From positions 1-31,596 of the forward strand of contig JAQGDQ010001634.1 in the NCBI GenBank assembly GCA_030141605.1: a stretch of 31,596 nucleotides of DNA, written 5' to 3'. The stretch is from Tubiluchus corallicola. Lineage: Eukaryota > Animalia > Priapulida. The first letter of the stretch is position 1. Each line of letters opens with the position of its first letter. The notes under the pieces were generated by a model, which was not told the DNA's origin, searched no databases, and worked only from the letters and a program-made list of their open reading frames with translations. Position numbers and translations under genes: made by a program. This document shows positions 1 to 10,400 of this stretch, in pieces.

Positions 1-70
1 GTGTATACTAAAGTATACTAAAAACTAAGTATAGTCTATTCTTACTGTAAATGTTCTTGTAAATAGTGTA

Positions 71-149
71 TAAAGTCTGTTGTGGTGAGGATCTTAAATC
101 ATATTGTACAAACTGTCTGATCCAATCCTAAATAAATTATGTTTAAACT

Positions 150-224
<75 letters not shown>

Positions 225-225
225 C

Positions 226-280
<55 letters not shown>

Positions 281-373
281 TGCGTGCGTGTGTGTAAAGT
301 CTGTTGTGGTGAGGATCCTAAAACATGTTGCACAAACTGTCTGATGCAATCCTAAATAAATTATGTTTAAACT
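71..373. repeat. ~79-bp direct repeat (71-149 and 295-373) flanking a compound (GA)n(GT)n(GCGT)n microsatellite
   Basis: TAAAGTCTGTTGTGGTGAGGATC...CCTAAATAAATTATGTTTAAACT occurs twice with a few substitutions; 152-294 is pure GA/GT/GCGT repeat. Confidence 0.9.
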
Positions 374-457
374 AAACTAAACTAAACAGTCAATGTTTCC
401 ACGTTAATAAAACCACCATTTCAGCAGCTTGTAAATTCCACGTAGTTTTACGTTTGT

Positions 458-2118
458 TGAATGTGAACGCAGGTGAATGTGAACGCAGGTGAATGTGAAC
501 GAAGGTGAATGTGAACGAAGGTGAATGTGAACGCAGGTGAATGTGAACGCAGGTGAATGTGAACGCAGGTGAATGTGAACGCAGGTGCAGGTGAATGTGA
601 ACGCAGATGAATGTGAATGCAGGTGAATGTGAACGCAGGTGAATGTGAACGCAGGTGAATGCGAACGCAGGTGAATGCGAACGCAGGTGAATGCGAACGC
701 AGGTGAATGCGAACGCAGGTGAATGCGAACGCAGGTGAATGCGAACGAAGGTGAATGCGAACGAAGGTGAATGCGAACGAAGGTGAATGCGAACGCAGGT
801 GAATGCGAACGCAGGTGAATGTGAACGCAGGTGAATGTGAACGCAGGTGAATGTGAACGCAGGTGAATGTGAACGCAGGTGCAGGTGAATGTGAACGCAG
901 ATGAATGTGAACGCAGGTGAATGTGAACGCAGGCGAATGTGAACGCAGGCGAATGTGAATGCAGGTGCAGGTGAATGTGAACGCAGATGAATGTGAACGC
1001 AGGTGAATGTGAACGCAGATGAATGTGAACGCAGGTGAATGTGAACGCAGGTGAATGTGAACGCAGGTGAATGTGAACACAGGTGAGTGTGAACGAAGGT
1101 GAATGTGAACGCAGGTGAATGTGAACGCAGGTGAATGTGAACGCAGGTGAATGCGAACGCAGGTGAATGCGAACGCAGGTGAATGCGAACGCAGGTGAAT
1201 GCGAACGCAGGTGAATGCGAACGCAGGTGAATGCGAACGCAGGTGAATGCGAACGAAGGTGAATGCGAACGAAGGTGAATGCGAACGAAGGTGAATGCGA
1301 ACGCAGGTGAATGCGAACGCAGGTGAATGCGAACGCAGGTGAATGCGAACGAAGGTGAATGCGAACGCAGGTGAATGCGAACGCAGGTGAATGCGAACGA
1401 AGGTGAATGCGAACGAAGGTGAATGCGAACGAAGGTGAATGCGAACGAAGGTGAATGCGAACGCAGGTGAATGCGAACGAAGGTGAATGCGAACGCAGGT
1501 GAATGCGAACGCAGGTGAATGCGAACGCAGGTGAATGCGAACGAAGGCGAATGCGAACGAAGGCGAATGCGAACGCAGGCGAATGCGAACGCAGGCGAAT
1601 GCGAACGCAGGCGAATGCGAACGCAGGCGAATGCGAACGCAGGCGAATGCGAACGCAGGCGAGTGCGAACGCAGGCGAGTGCGAACGCAGGCGAGTGCGA
1701 ACGCAGGCGAGTGCGAACGCAGGCGAGTGCGAACGCAGGCGAGTGCGAACGCAGGCGAGTGCGAACGCAGGCGAATGCGAACGCAGGCGAATGCGAACGC
1801 AGGCGAATGCGAACGCAGGCGAATGCGAACGCAGGCGAATGCGAACGCAGGCGAGTGCGAACGCAGGCGAGTGCGAACGCAGGCGAGTGCGAACGCAGGC
1901 GAGTGCGAACGCAGGCGAGTGCGAACGCAGGCGAGTGCGAACGCAGGCGAGTGCGAACGCAGGCGAGTGCGAACGCCTGCGAACGCAGGCGAGTGCGAAC
2001 GCAGGCGAATGCGAACGCAGGCGAATGCGAACGCAGGCGAATGCGAACGCAGGCGAATGCGAACGCAGGCGAATGCGAACGCAGGCGAATGCGAACGCAG
2101 GTGAATGTGAACGCAGGC
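458..2118. repeat. 16-bp minisatellite, ~100 copies, consensus GYGARTGYGAACGMAG
   Basis: Seen directly: units GTGAATGTGAACGCAG, GTGAATGCGAACGCAG, GTGAATGCGAACGAAG, GCGAATGCGAACGCAG and GCGAGTGCGAACGCAG in blocks. Confidence 0.98.
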
Positions 2119-2200
2119 AGACGAAGGTACTGCTTTCTTTTGTCTTTTTGGATACCTTGACAATGTATCATACGATTCCTTCTTCTTCTTTCTTCTTCTT

Positions 2201-2428
2201 CAATGAATCACACGTCCAGGGACATGATTCTGCTCACCTGTCTATGCCAGATCATCATCATCATCATCATCATCGTCGTCGTCATTCAATGAATCACACG
2301 TACAGGGACATGATTCTGCTCACCTGTCTATGCCAGATCATCATCATCATCATCATCATCATCGTCGTCGTCGTCATTCAATGAATCACACGTCCAGTGA
2401 CATGATTCTGCTCACCTGTCTATGCCAG

Positions 2429-2469
<41 letters not shown>

Positions 2470-2520
2470 TCAATGAATCACACGTCCAGTGACATGATTC
2501 TGCTCACCTGTCTATGCCAG

Positions 2521-2561
<41 letters not shown>

Positions 2562-2888
2562 TCAATGAATCACACGTCCAGTGACATGATTCTGCTCACC
2601 TCCCTATGCCAAATCATCATCATCATCATCATCATCATCGTCGTCGTCATTCAATGAATCACTCGTCCAGTGACATGATTCTGCTCACCTCTCTATGCCA
2701 GATCATCATCACCATCATCATCATCATCCAATGAATCACACGCACAGGGACATGATTCTGCTCACCTCCCTATGCCAGATCATCATCACCATCACCATCA
2801 CCATCACCATCACCATCATCATCATCATCATCATCATACAATGAATCACACGTCCAGTGACATGATTCCATTCACCTCCCTATGCCAG
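2201..2888. repeat. 8 tandem copies of a ~52-bp core separated by variable (CAT)n/(CAC)n/(CGT)n tracts
   Basis: CAATGAATCACACGTCCAGTGACATGATTCTGCTCACCTGTCTATGCCAG starts near 2201, 2287, 2379, 2471, 2563, 2652, 2729 and 2839; the core is the reverse complement of the LINE 3' end. Confidence 0.95.
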
Positions 2889-3030
2889 GACTCCCTGCTC
2901 GCTGCAGTCCCCCAAGTACATTTATTTCTAAGGATCGATGCTGAAGTGTTTAAATCTTTCTGTGCAAAATCAAAATATGTTAACATTTGTCCTCCTGCAG
3001 GTTTTTTAGCTGGTTCTATGGCTTGTTGAA

Positions 3031-3130
3031 GAGCTATCTTCCCTGGAATATCATAGAGCTATCTTCACTGGAATATCATAGAGCTATCTTCACTGGAATA
3101 TCATAGAGCTATCTTCACTGGAATATCATC
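3031..3130. repeat. 25-bp tandem repeat x4 inside the LINE ORF
   Basis: GAGCTATCTTCACTGGAATATCATA four times; it introduces a stop in the LINE frame (PVKIAL*). Confidence 0.95.
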
Positions 3131-3349
3131 GGGTAGTCTAAGCATATGCCCCATCCATCTTAAACGGCGTCTTTTTATTTTTCTTGTCCAAGGTTCTTCT
3201 TTTATTTTTTCATATAGATCTTTGTTTGAAATTTTGTTTGGCCATCTAATACCCAGAATCGTGGTAAATAAACAAGCAATATGGGAAAACAGGAGAAAGC
3301 TGATGTACAGGGTTTTATGTTTGTGTAACTATGATTATCAGCATTATTA

Positions 3350-3909
3350 CTTCATTTAAAAACTAATTTTTACTGATTTTTCAACGTTACTGTGTTAATA
3401 AGTGGAAGTAAAGAGGTAATTTTAAAGTATGACCCAAAAAACTTTCCATAACAAAAGACTAAGTTATATTACTTAGCACTGCGCTTACCTGCACGAAAGA
3501 GTTATGTAACTAGAAACGAAAAGTAAATGCTCGCGAAAACTGGCTAATTCACCTTCCCAGTGTTCACCACTGGCTCACCAAAAAACGTATCTTTAGTGTT
3601 ATTGACGGGATACAGTAGCTTATACATTTGCTTAGTTAACGAAGAGAGTGCTACGAATTTTCTGATTATTTTTTCAAACTTTACCCAGTGTTATGTGAAC
3701 TTGTTTCAAACGACCTTCCGTCAAAATGGCTGCGCCTAGAGAGGTCATCGCGGGAGTTTAAATCTTCAAGTTTTGTACAGCGTTACTGCTAACCCAAGCT
3801 TTGTGCGCAATAAGGTAGTATGTGTACGTAGGTGATACAAAATTTCAGACAAATTTTCTAGCGTTATGTAAGTGAAGGTCTTTAAATTTGTGTTTTTCGT
3901 GTTGCTTAA
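3350..3909 (+). mobile_element. Degenerate, 5'-eroded copy of the Kolobok/T2-like non-autonomous DNA element
   Basis: Colinear with 28904-29585 (shared GTCAAAATGGCTGCG, GGTCATCGCGGGAGTTTAA, CAGCGTTACTGC, TTATGTAACTAG); left boundary approximate. Confidence 0.7.
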
Positions 3910-4241
3910 ATTTTCCCTTCTTTTGGCTACTTCTCTAGAGCGCCCTGGTAAAGCAAGGATTCTTCTCAGATATTACCACATCTTTCTTATATTTAATTAC
4001 TGTTACGTGTCAGTAGCTCTTGTAATTAAGTCTGACAATGAGCAGGTGAAGTTGAAAGGGCGAGTGGTTTCCCGTGTTGCTGATTACAGGTAATGCAGGT
4101 GATAATTGTTGATTACGTGCTGCATATCGCTACCAGATGTATCGTCTCTGTAGGAGGAAGATCTACTAAATATGAAACCGATTGAAATATTTGTCATACT
4201 GAATAGAACAGTTGATAGTTGTTAATCTGGCTTCTTTTTAT

Positions 4242-4663
4242 TTAACCCTTTCATACCCGTTGTATCCCGTGGGATACGAGAATATTTTCTGCCAGTCATT
4301 TGATCTGTTAATAATTATTTTTATTTAAGCCAATAACAATAGACTAAAAATGGTGATAAAATGGCAAACTAGAAAATCTACATAGCATAAAAAACTGCGC
4401 AAGGTACAGTACTTTAGACACGACTTTGTACAGATCAGCATAGCATGCATACTAAATGTCTTAAATACTTTAAAAAATTATCAGCAGTTACAAAATGAAG
4501 CACATTTTATGCTTCCATTGAATCCCAATGTATCCCGTGGGATACAGGCTATATTTAGCACACGGGCACAGGTTAAAAAAATTATTATTATGTGTAAACA
4601 AGATGGACATACTGAACAAAAGTACCAAGCCAAAAAATAATAATTTGGGACTGAAAGGGTTAA
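4242..4663. mobile_element. piggyBac-like MITE (~420 bp)
   Basis: TTAA-CCCTTTCAtaCCC at the left and GGGacTGAAAGGG-TTAA at the right (TTAA TSD, CCC...GGG termini); two copies of the palindrome TGTATCCC-GT-GGGATAC(A/G) at 4261 and 4529. Confidence 0.8.
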
Positions 4664-4742
4664 GATAACTTCGAAGGTTATCATTTAGGAGGAAACCTAC
4701 ACATTTAAGATTTGGCACCCATCAGGGCTTGGATATTGTGTG

Positions 4743-5404
4743 TTAAAGCACAGAAAACCCTCCACTTACATAAAGCTTAAAAAATTCGTCTCGAAATTTT
4801 AGACCACTTGCGTGTACTGCCTTTTTGCATGCAGGGTTTGCGTCGGCAGTAACGCTGTCTAAAACTTTTCAATTTAAATTCCCGCGATGACAGTTAGGCA
4901 CAGCCATTTTAAATCGTTTAAAATAAGTTTAGATAACATTTAGTAAAGTTTCAAGAAAATAATCAGAGCATGCGTAGCACACATGTTGCTAACTAAGTAA
5001 AATTTTAAATTACTGTGTCTTGTCAATAAGATTAAAAATGCGTTTTTGGTTGCTGAGTGGCGCACCCTGGTGAGTGAACCAGCGACATTTTACCAATTGG
5101 CGCGAACATTTTAAATTATTATTTCTAGTTACATAAGTCTTTCCGGCAGCTAAGCGAAATGCTAAGTAATATAGATTTGCTTGGAAAGTGTTTTGAAACA
5201 TAATTTAACATTCCCTTTTCTTCCCCCGATTTACGTTTGCGTAGGTGACGTCATGTAATGGCGCGGTTGGAACAGTTTTGCGTGAGATTTAAAATGAAAA
5301 CAAACAAAAAATCCGTTTTAACGCGAGTACGATATACGCATAAAATGCTGTAAAGTAGTATAATTTTCAAGGCGACATCAGGTGCCCCTTTTCTTGTCCT
5401 TTAA
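4743..5404 (-). mobile_element. Kolobok/T2-like non-autonomous DNA transposon (full length)
   Basis: TTAA-AGCACAGAAAACCC ... CCCCTTTTCTTGTCCT-TTAA; its reverse complement is colinear with 28904-29585. TTAA TSD with AGG...CCT termini is the Kolobok/T2-MITE signature. Confidence 0.8.
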
Positions 5405-5863
5405 TGCTGCAAATTTTCAAAACCTCGGTGATATAGTTTTCTACAGCTAAGAACAAAAGCATCAGCACCAATGCTGGGCCATCACTTAGTTTCGTCGGAG
5501 GCATCCGAAAAAGTTGCTTGGAGTAAGAGAGACCGCGCCTCTAAAATGTTGATGGTCGCTCTTGCTTATTCAATGTTGATTTTTCTCAAGGAAAGGTCAG
5601 AGAAGCAGATTCACCCAAGAAGAGTTTAAGGAAAGAGTATTCATCTAGGCTTCACTGAAAATGGTGGACATGTAGAGAACTTGCTTTAAATTTTAGCAAT
5701 AGTGTTTGTACGAATTTTTCTGAAATTTATTTTTAGACATGTTGATTTAAAACTTATATATTCTGTGGATAAATCTAAGAAAGTGACCTAAGATTTTCGG
5801 TGTAGATAAGCGTTGTTGCACCAGTGTAGTAATTCCAACCGATCCTGTTATTCTCTTATAATT

Positions 5864-6362
5864 AATATAATGTAATGTAATGTAATGTAATGTAATGTAA
5901 TGTAATGTAATGTAATGTAATGTAATGTAATGTAATGTAATACAATACAATACAATACAATACAATACAATACAATACAATACAATACAATACAATACAA
6001 TACAATACAATACAATACAACAGAACAGAACAGAACAGAACAGAACAGAACAGAACAGAACAGAACAGAACAGAACAAATATAATATATTAGAATAGAAT
6101 ATAATAGAATATCACATCACATCACATAATATAACATAACATAACAGAACAGAACAGAACAGAACAGAACAGAACAGAACAGAACAAATATAATATATTA
6201 GAATAGAATATAATAGAATATCACATCACATCACATAATATGGTACATAACGTAACGTAACATAACTACCATACCATACCACACCACACCACACCACACA
6301 ACACAATGCAATGCAATGCAATGCAATGCAATGCAATGCAATGCAATGCAATACAATACAAT
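5864..6362. repeat. Compound pentanucleotide microsatellite (AATGT, AATAC, AACAG, AATAG, ATCAC, ACCAC, AATGC)
   Basis: Seen directly; includes a ~110-bp higher-order duplication (about 6034-6131 and 6143-6241). Confidence 0.97.
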
Positions 6363-7463
6363 ATAATATAATAGTCAAACTAAAATTTTGGCGCTTTTGT
6401 ATTAACAAATGCTTAGTCTGGCATAATTTCTGCTGTAAGTACATAAAGCAGCATTAATGGATTCCTGAATGTCCAGAGAAAAGTTGAGGTGATCAACAGT
6501 TGAATTGTTTTTCTTTTCAATACACATGACGCACGTTTAATGAAATTTTCATACGTGTTCTCATTCCGAAAAAATAGACAACGCAATGCACGCGGATTTT
6601 GTTTCCGTGGAAATACAATTACATCCTCATCCCACGAGAGCTCATTGGAGATGAAGTGCATGCAATATCTTAGACTTCTTTAACATTTTATGTGAGATCC
6701 GCTGGAGCTTTTACCCTTATTAACCCTTTCACAAAGGAAACGGATATGAAATAACGTATAGTTTTCTCGCTGCTATTCTGTTACGTTCCAATTTTGTCAT
6801 GACGACAGAGTGTTATAATGGCGTACGTTAAGCAGGTGCACTCCTGAACCAAATGGTGTACGTTCGACGCCCAGTCCTAGAACGACCAGCAAGCTCAGGC
6901 TAGTCTAGGAAAGCATTTGATGAAATGCAAGGTCCCGAGAGGTTTAGGGCTTGCATAGCAACACACTTTTAGTAAAGATTGACTCAGAGTTCAACAAGGC
7001 AGCTGAAGGAGCAGTTATCTTCTCTATCCCATTCTACATTGTCCCAAGAATTCACATTGATTTTTTTCCAGGTTTTCATTTAAATTGTTGATATGATTAA
7101 TTTTTCAGGATAAGATTTTTCTATTACCTCATGAGATCTGGAAATCTTTCTGTCATGTCAGCGAGTATTTTTTACCTGAGTTGATTTCGTTTGGTCGTAG
7201 GACCTGCCTTTATCTTGACTTTTTTTTGGTAACAGAAGAAGCAGGCAGCTCACATGTCAGTTTGTGCAAGTGTGAGTTAACTAATGCAATTCCAGCCTGT
7301 GTTTTTATAGTTGCCAATTCAGTTTCTTGTATAGAATAGATGAATATGGAATCAGTGAAGACGTCTGCGCGTCGCACATCCTGGTCACGTTTTTGATCCT
7401 TTCTCTCATTGTCGACTCGGTGGAAGTGTGTTGGGAAGTGAGAAGTGTTTAAAATTCTACGTT

Positions 7464-10400
7464 TTAGTCACAGAAGCCCGGCAGAACCCAGAGCAATGAT
7501 GTAGGCCATGAAGAGAAATAAGTTAGCAACTCGTCTATTGGCTCTTCTTGGATGGCCAAGTTGATCTGCACTTTCTTCACTTCTTCATGGTCATCAGGTA
7601 CTGGGAATAGTGTTGGCTGTGCTGGCCATTCAGCTTGTGTTTTCCAGAGAAAAGGAGGACCCTTGAACCATCTGTGGTCTGCAGATAGCTGTTCTGCCTT
7701 TATGCCTCTTGTTATGTCATCTGCAACATTCTGCGAAGAAGTGACATACCGCCATTGACTAACATCTGAACCACAATGAATCTCAGCGAGTCTATTGGCC
7801 ACATACACTTGGAACCTCTTCTTTTCATTTTGGATGAATTTCAAAACTGATGTTGAATCAGTCCAGAAAACAACAGCATCTATTTTGATGTCTAAAGCTT
7901 CTAGAATTGTTTTGTTTATTCTGACAGCAATAATTGAAGCTTGCAATTCTAATCTCGGCACAGTTTGTGTTTTCAAAGGAGCAACTCTGCTCTTAGCTGT
8001 TAGCAGACAACAATGAATCTGTCCCTGCTGATTAACAAACCGGACATAGGAGCATACTCCATAGGCATCATTCGAGGCATCACTAAAATGATGCAGTTGG
8101 GTAGATGTAGCAGGTCCGAAATTGATCAGCTTGATACATCTCGGAATATTCAGGTCATTAAGACTGCTCAAGCTACTGGTCCACTTTAGCCACTTAGCTT
8201 CTAGATCATCTGGGATATGCTCATCCCAATCAAGCTTTAGCTTGCACAAGTGCTGGAGTAAGACCTTGGCTGGTAGAATCACAGCACATAAGAAACCCAA
8301 AGGGTCAAACAATGATGATGTCTCAGACAGGATACCTCGCCTCGTGGTAGGTTTGCCCTTCAGAACAGACTTGAATTGAAATACATCATCTTGAGTGTTC
8401 CATCTAATTCCAAGGGCACTCTCTATTGGTGGATCAGCTAGCTTCTGTTGCAAGTCCAGAATAGGTTTGGCTCTTTCCAATTCCGGAATTTCTTTGATAA
8501 CAGCCTCTCTGTTACTAAGGAACTTTGTCAAGTGGAAACCGCCTCTCTGCAGTAGTTCCGTGAGGCTATTTGCTAGTCTTACTGCTTCATACTCTGTGCT
8601 GACAGACTTTAACAGATCGTCAACATAAAAATTGTTCTTTACAGCATACAGTGTTGCAGCATCAAAATCATGAGCATTGTCATCAGCTGTCTTTCTGACT
8701 GCCAGATTGGCACAAAATGGTGATGAGATACAACCAAACAAGTGAACAGACATGTGGTAGTCTACTGGACTGTCGCCAATCTGAGCGCCATCATCATACC
8801 ACAAGAATCTCAGCATGTCATACTGTGAAGGATCTACGAGGACCTGGTTGAACATGCCCTCGATGTCTGCACAAATAGCAACTTCATGCTCTCGGAACCG
8901 TAGCAATACATCTAATAAATTTGATGTCAGATTTGGTCCAGACATTATAACATCATTCAGAGATATGCCATTGCACTTGCAGGAGCAATTAAAAACAACA
9001 CGGATCTTGTTTGGCTTCCTAGGGTGAAATACTCCATGGTGGGGTAAATACCAGTATATGGGATTCTTACCATCACCATCTTGACGAATTCCAGAATATT
9101 CTTCATCTACCTGCTTTGCGTAGCCTTTCTGGATATTGTCACTCATGGCCTTCTTATATAGTTCCATGTAATCGCTATCCTTTTCAAATTTCCTTTCCAG
9201 CATTAAGAAGTTTCTTAAGGCTACATGCCTGTTGTTAGGCAATTCAGGTGGATCTTGACGAAATGGAATCTTAAACTGGTAATGTCCATCAATGAGCTGT
9301 GCAGAATCAGTAGTAACTTTTAATGCCTGTGCATCTTCTACTGACATGCCAACCGTTGCCTCTCTGACAACACCACAGGAATCCATTTCCCAAAACTTTT
9401 GAACTTGTTTAAGCAACATATCACCATCCTCAGTCTTCGTGTAATTGCTAGTGCACTGCAAACTATTTGATGTTCCTCCCAATATGGACCAGCCCAGCGG
9501 ACCTCTAACTGCTATGGGTTCATCATTACTACCTGATCTTGTCTCATAGACTAGAAAACATCGCGTTGCATTTGTGCCTATCATTAGCGTAACCTCATTG
9601 ATGTCAGCTGTGTAGAACGGAATGGACTTCAAGTGCTCAAAGGTGTTCAGCTCCACCCTTTTTGGACACTTTGTGGAACTCAAATTTAAACCATTCATAG
9701 CTGCTACACTTGGTAATTTGATATACTCATCGCAGTCGATTCCAGACACTAGCAAGTCAATTTTCTCAACTTGTCGCTGCTCTTTTCCACACACAGTAGT
9801 TATGGACACTGTACCTTTGGAACCTTCAACTTTGAGGTATTGCAGAAGCTTTTGCTCACAAAGGCAAGAGCTTGAACAACTGTCCAGCATTGCTAATGTT
9901 GTAACAGTTCTACCGTTCAATTCCGACTTTACAGTTACAGGAACAACTTGTAGAAAACAGCCAGGATCGACAAACTGTGTAGAATTACAACTCCTCAATT
10001 CTGGTACATTACGATTCTCAGTCTCAGTGACTTCAGCGACCACTACAGTGCCATTACCTCCAGAGTGGTCATCGATTTGACTTGGCCCGGCTCCATTTGG
10101 CGGATTGTATGAAACACTAGGTGTCTTTTGCTGCCCTGGTTGTTGTCGTCTTTCGGTTATGCCACCACGACCAAACCTCGGTAATGGATGCAACATTTGG
10201 TGATGCTTTGTGTGTGTTTTACAGTTTGTGTCTTTGCACTTCATTCCTAGAGGGCACATCTTCGATCTATGATCTGGCTTAAAGCAATTTATGCAAAGCT
10301 TCTTTTTAAAAACAAATTGGAATCTGTCATCGGTAACATTCTTCTTAAAATCAGTGCAGTCTTCCAAACTGTGGTCTCTAAGGCACATTGGACATGTGAC

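Larger units (their letters stand above)
2176..3262 (-). mobile_element. 5'-truncated RTE-clade non-LTR retrotransposon (C-terminus of ORF, 3' end and microsatellite tails)
   Basis: Manual minus-strand translation of 3262-2846 (one copy of the 25-bp repeat kept): TILGIRWPNKISNKDLYEKIKEEPWTRKIKRRRLRWMGHMLRLPDDIPGKIALQQAIEPAKKPAGGQMLTYFDFAQKDLNTSASILRNKCTWGTAASRESWHREVNGIMSLDV*. This matches the RTE C-terminal pattern I.W...SN..L...RRLRW.GH..R...K.AL...DL...W..A..R..W. A very short 3' UTR and (TGA)n / (GAA)n tails follow, typical of RTE. Confidence 0.85.

Noticed and set aside
94-349. His/Thr- and Leu/Ser-repeat ORFs; similar ORFs at 5747-6444
   Set aside because: Microsatellite translations.
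390-2384. Five long ORFs (189-593 aa) on both strands
   Set aside because: They are translations of a stop-poor 16-bp minisatellite; the same peptide appears in several frames.
2201-2888. CRISPR-like repeat-spacer array; also a His-rich ORF (2772-3029) and a CAGTG IRE-like loop
   Set aside because: The spacers are microsatellites, the context is eukaryotic with no cas genes, and the core is a LINE 3' end. Poly-His comes from (CAT)n. The IRE upper stem does not pair.
5455-5640. Minus-strand hairpin TCGGA-TGCC-TCCGA followed by CGAAAC, downstream of ..LGES..EKSTLNKQ, suggesting a Penelope end with a hammerhead ribozyme
   Set aside because: The CTGANGA core is missing before the stem, and the peptide similarity is too short and contains a stop.
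6720-6732. TTAACCCTTTCA, identical to the piggyBac-like MITE end
   Set aside because: No matching right end or internal homology found; it could be an orphan end or chance.
7210-7460. Open minus-strand frame after the BEL ORF (..IQETELATIKTQ..NSHLHKL..) as a possible Pol continuation
   Set aside because: Only vague similarity, no RVGGRL or integrase motifs, and such decay is inconsistent with the intact upstream ORF.
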